Assembly: GCA_036172245.1 (NCBI GenBank)
Contig: JAYWIR010000036.1
Coordinates: 186,001 to 250,000, forward strand
From: Raillietiella orientalis
Taxonomy: Eukaryota
DNA: 64,000 bases
Direction: 5' to 3'
Below the pieces are notes generated by a model. It had not been told where the DNA came from. It did not search any database and was given only the letters and a program-made list of their open reading frames with translations. A program made the position numbers and the translations under genes. Positions 13,901-23,200 of the stretch are shown piece after piece (the stretch's first letter is position 1; every line of letters starts with the position of its first letter).

Positions 13901-15986
13901 ACAAAAACTATTGTGCAACACGTGTGGACCTTTGGAGAAATTTTCCAAGGTTCTGTAAAATAATGATGTGAAAGTATGATCCTTGGAAAATATTTGTTTT
14001 GTAATAAATATCATGAGGGAGAACTTTTCCAAACACATTTGAGGAGTAAAATTCATGTCGAGAATTTCATGTGATGTATCAGATTATTGTAGGTTTTTTT
14101 TTTTTTATAAACTATTGAAGGCCTTAGCCCTGATTGTAGTTACTTGTTTCCACAGTAAAATAGTAAGAAAATGAATTTTTCCGGACTGTAATCAAAAAGA
14201 TATCACTTCAAAGCACTCTTGGAAACATTTCAAACTTTTGTATTTTGAATTAGGTAGATTAATGCATTATGTAGTGAAATGATGCAAGATGTTCCCCCCC
14301 GTGAGCTGGCAGGTGTTTAAGAGAAAACTCAAAGCACATGAATGGAAGTACATTAAAGAGTACATAAAACCGTTTAAAAAGACTGTCCTGAGGGAAACAA
14401 ATATCGATGTTGTCTAGGTTGCCGAGGATTCTGAATCCAAAACAAGCTAAGGAAACGGACATGGTTGAATTTGTGCAGAACATAAGCTACAGTTTTTGAA
14501 ATATGTACAATCTTTCGCATCAGGTTCGGACTCCAGAATGAAAACCCTGTAAGGAAGAATTGTGCATTTGTAATGCTTAGCAGACGACAAACAAGATTGC
14601 GATTACAATCGAGCGATTTTTTCTTCTTCTTCCTCCACCGACTACCCCGTCTTGCAATTTCACCCGGAAAGAAATTGCGGCAAAGTATTTGGAGAAACTA
14701 AAAAGAATTCTTATGCATTAGAAATACAGCAACTTTACGTGTCTTGGATTTGACAACCCTGCTATCCATGCTGCTCGTGAAAGACTGCGTTTTTTTTTTT
14801 TTTTTTTTTTTTTTCTCAAAGAGTGACATGCAGCATTCTTTGAACCCTAGTATGAACCGTGACGTTCCGTAGAAAGATGGTCAGAGGAAAGTTGGATACC
14901 CCCTGGGTCCGCAGTTCCAATGTGAGAAATTTGGTAGATCAAGCCACGATATTAGTTTCTCCGGATACCTTCCTGCCTGACATTCACGGAAGCTTGTTGG
15001 CATTTTCTTCTGCATTTTGTCCATGCATGAGCAGCAGCCCACGTGCAGGAAATGAAAGTGGAGTTTCGCGGTGCCTGCAAGACGACACGAAAGGCTTTCG
15101 AAATTCCAATCGTTTTCTCACGACTTTTGTAAAAGCCCAAGCACTTTGTTCAAAACTTTTCGAGGCTTTCCAGTCGAAAGGATGCGCTTCAAAACACGAA
15201 AGTCATCGAAACAGCAGGGCTGCAACGGAAGCTTCTGATTAAAAAAGCGGGTGACAGGGTTGTGGCTTTTGTGCTGCAAGAATAATCCGAAGGGCAGGAA
15301 CACCACGAGAGATAGATGATGAGGACCAGCGAGGCGTGTCCAATAGAGAGGGGAAGGATTGCACCCCCAGATTGCCCGCGCTTCGAGGAAGTGCTGCCCC
15401 GAAAGTGAACTGCTGTGAACTAGAGTTTGAAAATCCCCCCCCCCCCCCGAGTTGTTATTTCCACACTTTTTGTGCATGAAACCACCTTAATGCTCCCATG
15501 AATGAATGCGTAGGGGTTTTCGTATTCCTGGTTGCAGCTGGTTGACTCGGGAACGTATGGCAGAGTGAACCGTATGGGCAGATTCTTTTCCATTTCGCGC
15601 CATCCGGAGAAGGGGAAAACTATGCACGCAGAGCCAACACAACTGCCGTGGCCTTTGCAACTGTCGCGTCCACACAACGGACAAGCGGAAGTCTCCCTCC
15701 AAGGAACCCAACACAATGACACCCTCCTATCACGCAAACGTATGCCTTTATAGCTGGAGGCTTTGACGTGCTAGTTCGATTCCTGATGCTCTGGCATCGA
15801 AAGGTTGCATTTAAAAAATGAAAAAGGAGTCTCATCTTACAAGAGCATGATAAAGGAGCGAAACAGACCCTTTGCTTCCGTGAAGGGTGCATTTTTACTG
15901 CTGAAAGTACATTTACCACTGCAAATATTATTGAAAAAGCAGTTAATGATCTTGGGCAGAATACAAGACCATAATTTATTTCTGTA

Positions 15987-15992
15987 TTTCAG
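15987..15992 (+). promoter_or_regulatory. TTTCAG acceptor 60 nt upstream of the ERCC8 ATG (5'UTR intron acceptor or SL trans-splice site)
   Basis: A U-rich tract (atttatttctgta) is followed by TTTCAG, the nematode consensus 3' splice site. Function is inferred. Confidence 0.35.
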
Positions 15993-16052
15993 GTATCTGT
16001 TGTTAATGTGTGGACATACAAGCAAGAACTCTCATTCACGTACCAAAAAAAA

Positions 16053-17221
16053 ATGTTGCGTAATTTGGAAAAAGTGGAAATGGGACTGTTGTCCCCATCA
16101 CATGTCCAGAAAGTTTTCTATTCACAACACTGTCAAAACTTGAAGCTCAATAACAGATTTGACTTTGAAATGGTGAATACATCAGCCATCAACCATCTGG
16201 ATATGGAACATAGCCATTGGCGTTAGTAAGTTCAAATCAGGGGCCCCTAAAAATTATGGCACACATAGTCTGCTTACTGGAAATGAGGATGGTAGCTTGA
16301 TCATTTACGATTTAGCCAACATGACTGGATCACTGATGCATACAGCTCGTGCTATTTGTCATCTCAAAAGGTAAGGTGGTACCATCAAAGTCATTAACAG
16401 AGTGCAGCAGACAAGCTCATAAAAAGGCTGTCAAGTGTGTCCAATGGTATCCTCAAGATCCGGGGATGTTTATATCCAGTGGGGCAGACTGCTGCTTAAA
16501 AGTGTGGGATACAAGTACACTACAGCCTATTGAAGTGTTTCCCACACAAGGTTGTTGTACTCAACATCACCTGTCAACTAGACATGCCTTGATTGCAATA
16601 GCAAGTGGCTCATCCAATGTTTCACTTGCAGACCTAAGAACAGGAGCGCACATTCAAGAATTACGCGGCCATTCAAGGCCTGTTCTTTGCTGTCAGTGGT
16701 CACCCAGGGATGACTTCTTGGTAGCAAGTGGAGGACTGGACAAGCAGCTTTTGCTTTGGGATGTACGGGCCAGCTTTTCATGTCTTGCGAAATTACAGTT
16801 TGAAGACAGAAATGCTATCCAGCAATCTTCTGATGGAATTCACAATGGTTGCATCACTGGACTGAAATTTCTTTCAGATGGGTTGAGAATCCTATCTGTA
16901 AGGCTGAACAGGTGCATCCAGATTTTCTGCATGCTAACCCAATGTAGTTACCAAGGAAGTAAAAAACCCATTCGTGGTGCAGATTATCAATGTACACAGG
17001 TGGCTTTAGCTGAAGATGGCATCCATCCATTGTTATTTGTCCCCTCAGCATGCACAATAGATGGTTTCGAGATGGACAGTGGTCTGCAATTCTGCAGCCT
17101 CGAGGCCCACTTTCAGCGTGTTCTCTGCTGCGCTTTTGATGAGTCCAGGCAGCAATTGTATAGTGGAGGGCAAGACTGCAATTTACTTGCTTGGGCCTGC
17201 GAGCCTATGGCGACTATATGA
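16053..17221 (+). CDS. ERCC8: DNA excision repair protein ERCC-8 / Cockayne syndrome A (CSA) WD40 protein, about 361 aa, 3 exons
   Basis: Exons are 16053-16225, 16269-16370 and 16411-17221 (an alternative in-frame acceptor gives 16408), with GT-AG introns of 43 and 40 nt and 1086 nt in frame. The N-terminus MLRNLEKVEMGLLSPSHVQK...LKLNNRFDFE...AINHLDME...YLLTGNEDGSLIIYDL parallels CSA (MLGFLSARQTGLEDP...LELNKDRDVE...GINTLDIE...YMLSGGSDGVIVLYDL). It continues with HKKAVKCVQWYPQDPGMFISSGADCCLKVWDT, LRGHSRPVLCCQWSPRDDFLVASGGLDKQLLLWDVR and QQLYSGGQDCNLLAW. Confidence 0.93.
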
Positions 17222-17267
17222 TGAGGCACATATGCCTTCTGCATTGACTAGAAATATCACAGTGATC

Positions 17268-20200
17268 TCAAATCTGAGTGCCTTTGGGGTGAGAAAACGG
17301 TATGATTTGGGATACATGATGTGTCCTAGACATGGAGCCCCTCACATAAGGAGCCAGCTTGTGAGCTGATATTGAATGACTGTCTCCGGATGTGAGTAAC
17401 TGGACATGTCTCTCCCAGGAAGCTTGGCTTTGCTCAATCTCTGCATAAATGGGGTCATCCCCTCTGATTTCACTATAGGTATGAACACCAGGAAATAACT
17501 GGCAATGTTGCTGGTGACTATAGGTGGGCTCTTGATGACTGCAACAAGCATCCACATGGCATAATTTACTTGGGACAAGAAGAGGGCAATGAGGGTGCAT
17601 AGGGTACATTTCAAGTCTTCGATCTATCCTAGGATGCCCCAACAGATCTACAGGCATGATACGTGGTGATTCTCCTTGCTCTGAACTTCCGTTTCCAGAA
17701 TCTCTTCCCAAAGAACATGATGAACACTCCTGCTTTTACAGCATGATGGCAGTATGCAAGCTGAAAAACTTACCTCTCCTTCTGCTACACGCTCATTTTT
17801 TCTTCTGACACTACTAGCACGTAAAGAAGGATAAAGATGCAACACAGCATGATTCACATTTGTGACAGGCTGCTGCTCCCTCTGCATCAAAATTGTACCT
17901 GACGGTGTCATCAGGGCTGGAGCTTTAGGTGCTGTACAATAACATGGAACAGAGCTACGCTCTGAAAAACACAGCAGCAACAAACAAGACTTATCTACGG
18001 ACTGCAAGCAGCGTTCCCTGATCTATCGTTTAAAAAAAGGGGGGCAGTTAGAATAATACTTTGAAAAAAAAAGTTTGGACTCACTTTGCTGTTCTTTTGA
18101 CAAGAGTACAGGATAACAGCAGGCATCAGAGATAAGTTAAGAATGACAAATAAATATGCCAGAGGCAGCCGGCGGACCAGAACAAATGCGAGTCCCGATG
18201 CCCATGTGGATAGTGTCAGTAGCACAAATATAGCAGCCATGCAGAATTTGCCTTGTGGCATTTCATCAATACTCATCCGATGGCAGGCAGTACAGGCACC
18301 AAGCAGGAAGAACAAAATTAGCATCTGATGTAAATAAATAGCCTCCGAGCATCTTCGAATGGGCTCTTACCATAACGACTATAATACTGGGACCCACAAA
18401 ACTAAAGATGAAGAATCTATCCAACTTCAGCCAACAGTGGGTTTTTCCACCAAATGCAAATGGATCCACAAGAGCCGTGATGGCTACAACAAGGGATGGA
18501 CAGCCATATGCCAAGATATACAGCCACCAAGACTGCAAGAATTCTCCGTCATCACGTACAGATGAATACAAAAGAACCACTGAAAAGACATGATGATGAC
18601 GACGAGCGCTCGCAACGCGGAGCCCTCTTTCTTTACCTTCCAGAAGCAACCAACAAATCAGGGATAGTAGCACCAATTCTAAACTACCTGCCAGCATCTG
18701 ACAGGCGAGCCCATTATCCACTTGGGACAGTCCAATTGCGAATAAAAGTTCCGATAAGAGGAGACAAATGCACAAATTTTGATGAACCACGTGCTGGACC
18801 TTGGGGAGGCGAAACACGGAGAGAAGAGTGACGATGCATATAAGGCACAGTACTGATACGGAACACGAAACATAAATTAAAAGCAGTCCGGTCGACGCGC
18901 TCTTGCTGCTGGACGGAGGAACTTCTTCCATGCGCAGAGCAAAGTTGTTCAGACGATAACAGTAGCAGATGGTATGACTGCTGTTCGAACTTACTGCCTG
19001 GCACCCATCGTGCGACCACCAACTGAAAGGGGAGAGGGATGGGGGGGGGAGAGATGCAATTGGGAGGAGGACCAGGATGCAGCAGTTACCGCGCTTCGTG
19101 ATCCCAGTAAACGCACGAGGGGCTCGATCCATTGGGAGGCTTCCTGTGCCGGAAAATCAACTGGACCGGCCTTTCCACTTTCACGTGCTTCCCGTAGCTC
19201 AGGGACGCTGACACCATCTGCGAGTTGATGACCGACGATTTGTCAAGGAAATCTCCCAGCGTGCGATACGCGAAAAACGTAAGGCGCGTCAGGCCGTTGC
19301 GGCTGTTCTCTGAAATGACGTCGGGGGGCAGGATGAGAGCCGCATCGCTCCAGAAATCATTTCTTCTGCCAGCAGGGAAGAACACCGACCCGGCTTGCAC
19401 GGAGTGCATGATCAACACAGACAACACTTCATTGAGCAGGAAGAAAAGAAAGAAAAAAAAAAACGGGGCATAAGAGGGAACACGGAACGCGCATTTCACT
19501 CACAGATGTTGGACTCTTCGAACGCCAACTGGCGCCCTAGACCAAGGACGTTGGCAAGAAGCGACGCGTTTTCCTCAAGGCCGACGAGCATGTCGCTGGC
19601 TGCCTTTTTCTGCTGCTGCGGGGAAAGGTCATTCCACGCATCCCTCTGGGTCTCCTCGAGGAGGTTGCTGCTGGCACGAACGACCATCTGCACCAGCTCG
19701 ATCACCAGCTCCGTGTCCACGTGACCGGAAAGATCCCACGTCAGCTGGGATGCGACGTGATTGAGCACGTCGATGGCGGAAAGGAGGTCACCGCCGTGGA
19801 GGTGCTTGCTGGCGGCCACCAACACAAGATCGGCAGCCACGCTCATCACAGCCTCCCCGTTTTGCAGCTGCACAGGCAGTTGTTGTTTCCCACGGAATAA
19901 CCCCCGCCACGGTTTACCCTGTTCTCCAGACTGGTGAGCCAGGCCGACTTGCACTGGCTGAGATTGGGATAAGGGGTCTTCCAGTCTCCCACGCCGCACT
20001 GCCAGTACGCGTTTCCGGTGGCTCCACTGGGGCAGGGCTGCGTAAGCGTCTCACCGAAACCAGTCCACATCCACATCAGCCCTCTTGCCACTTTGGGGGA
20101 ACACCCTTCTTCAGGTACGGTTACCGAAAGGTTCCAAACTGAACGGAAGAACCGCAACAGTAAGCACCACAGGGAACGGAAGAACCCGATGCTGTCGAGC

Positions 20201-23200
20201 TCTCACCATCGGCGGCGCTGCTCTCCTCCTGGCGTACACCTTCCGAGTTTGACAGGAAATGAGGGTGCAACGCGGATGTGCGTTGCCTCGGCACTTCGGT
20301 AGCCAATACTCTCTTGATGTCGTCGGGCAAACGTATCGTAATGGCTGACGTGAAGGTCGTGGGCTTTGGCGTTGTCAGGACGGAAGTGCTTGGAATGAAC
20401 TCGGAAACTGCCGTTTCCTGAGCTGAGTGTTTCGACGGCTCCGTAGTGTTGAACGCTACAGAATCCGCAGATGCGTAGTGCAAAGAAGACGGCATCACTG
20501 CAGCTACTGTTCTTTCATGAGTAGACGCTATCAAGAATGAAAAGCCAGCAATGAAAAATCGGGAGGAAACAGGAAAAGGAGGAGCACCCAGTGGAAGAAT
20601 TTCATGCAAAGAAGTAGAAAAGAGGATCAAAGGACCAATACCTGAAATGCAGAGGAAATGAGTCTCTAAGTATTTTCGAGTGCCTGGGCATGGATCTTCG
20701 AAAAAAGAGGAACTGGCGTCAACTTCACAGTGGCCTCGAAAGCTACATCTGGTCATACAACATGAATGAAATCAAGAGAACCACGACAGAATATTATTTC
20801 TGCATATATACATATACGTGTGTGTGCGTGTGTGTGTGTGTGTCTTTCCAAACAGCAATTCTAAGCAGCGGTCCGGCGGCGTCCATGGTTTGGTTTCGAG
20901 GAACGATTTCATCTTTCTTTTCTCTTTTTTGTTGCTGTTGTTTTTAAAGACTACATTTTATGAGATTCTGAACGTTTCGTTTCCGTCTGACCAAAGGGAA
21001 CCGTGCAGAAGGGGGAAAACACTTCAGGTGCGTGTCCGTGGAAGAAGACGGGAAACGAAGCTGTACCTCCTATGCGTCCTTCGCCGACGCAGAAATGCAG
21101 AAGAGCACGGCGTACGGTGCCTACGATTCACGGAATGCAACCAGGAAGGACTTGAGGTGCTGATATTCCCGTGAGGAACGCGTTTTTGCCCGGAAAAGGG
21201 CACATCAGGATGGGGAGAAAAAAAAAAAAAAAAATGTTAGCGAATGGAAAGTTAGTGGAAACAAAGAAACCCGAATGCAGAGCTCCCGCACAATGGAGAC
21301 CATACCAACCTATGATGCACGCATAATGGACTTCTATGTACTTGAACGTTCCCGGGCAAGGATCGGCAAACAGGTTACTGCTGACGTGCATGATACAACT
21401 ACCTTTATATCCACATCTGATCACAGAAGACAACATAAAAAAAGGAATGCACACAACACACATCCTTCACCACACAGACTGCAACAACATGCTTGCACAC
21501 AAACAACGGCCACCTACGAGATCCTTGTTCACCGAGGGCAGCACCGGAGGTCCCCCAAAGAAGTCGCGCACAAAAAAAAAAGAAAAACCTCGGAGTCGTC
21601 GTGGGAAAACTTACGATCTTCCAGAAAGCGTGCAGGGAAGCAGAAACTGAAGTACAACTTACACGAGAAGCTTTCAGGAAAAGGAAGGAAGGAAGGAAGG
21701 AGATCGAACTGTCCAAGTGACCACGGACGCTGACCCACAAGCTCCAATGCTTCCCGAACTATGCGCCAAATCATGCACACTACACGTCTAGGTGCTCGGG
21801 CAAGGACGTCCTCGTATTAAGGGGCCGTTGCCATCCTCGATGTTCGCACCGACGGGGGACGAAGGCCCGAAGCTTTCAAAAAAAAAAAACCCGCGCGCCC
21901 AGGATGCTGATTTCTTTCAGCTACGCGTGCGAGCAGATCTTCTTCGCACGCTGCCGCCGCCGCCAATGGCGTCAGGGAGCGCGTGCGAACTCGTTGGGGA
22001 AGATCACAGCAGGCACCTCGCAACGTCACGCGCAGATCACCCTTCATCCCGCCGTTGTCATGTCTTTCGCCCGTTTTCTGTCTCATCACTCCGCGGAGGA
22101 CCACGGTTGCTTCGTCTTCTGCCCTTCCGCCCCGCCTTCCTGCCAGACCCGCAAGGTCCGCCCTGCCCTGCGAGCGGCGATGACGCAACAATGGAAAGGC
22201 GAGCTAAATCTGGAAAAGCATCGTTTCTTCCGCGCCCGTACTTTGGCATACACCACCATTAAATAACGAGGAGGAATGACCTTTCGTTCGAACCTGCAAG
22301 CACTCATTAAGAAGCCAAAAAAAAAAAAAAAAGAAAGAAAGAAAAGGCAAAACGCAAGAAAACGGAACCAGGAGTGCCAGTGGAAAGCAACAGCAACGGG
22401 TACGCATTTCCGTGCTTGGGGGGTGCTCACCTGCAAGGGACTCGCTGGGGTCGCATACGAATTGAAGTAACACCTTCAGAGAGTGTTCCCTCAAATGGGC
22501 GCGCGGAGCAGAAGGGTGGGAGGGCGAAGGAGAAGGGGGGTGGACAGAGAAGCAGCTCGAGCACCAACCGCGGCATCTTCCTGCTCCAGGAAAACGGGAG
22601 AAAAAAAAGAAAAAAAAAAAACCTGACGCACTGACCTCTTGCTCAACACGGACAGGGTATCTGGATACATGCAATTCACACTCCAGTCGGTGTTGCCGTG
22701 GTTATTGCAGATCGTGATCGAGAATCGACCGTAATTGGCCCGAATCAACTGTATCACATAGTCTTCTTCGCACTCCAGTCTAAGACGGCTGCCCTCGCAG
22801 GCATATGCGGTCCGGTATTTTGATGCATCTAAGGAGAAAGAAAGAAAAGAAAGAAGACAAAAAAAACACATGCGTTTTCAAACAAATCGAATTTAAGAAA
22901 CCAATGGAGACAAATCTGCTATTGAATTTTACGCATGCACGCGGCCCCGTACAACATAAAAGATGAGTAATCGGTTCTTCTGGTACCACATTTTCGTCTG
23001 ACCGAACGCGGCACAAGAGCAGCAGGATGAACTAAAAAAACAACAGCAGCAGCAGCAGCAAAAACAAAAAAAAAAAAAGAGAGAGAGAGAAAGGCTCCAC
23101 AAAATCCCACGGTCGTGCCCATGGTCCCAGCCATGCGCATCATCCTCAAACAGCACCGAGTAACGACAAGACGAAACGGTCATCCGGTCAATGCATCATG

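Noticed and set aside
18266..19132. 288-aa ORF read as a single-exon GPCR
   Set aside because: It reads through in-frame introns (for example [17 protein letters not shown] at 18580-18636). It is part of the spliced latrophilin gene.
20642..21416. Interpretation as two tandem complete lectin domains
   Set aside because: No second N-terminal lectin half (ACEG/ANYGR) lies between the two exons, and joining them shifts the frame.
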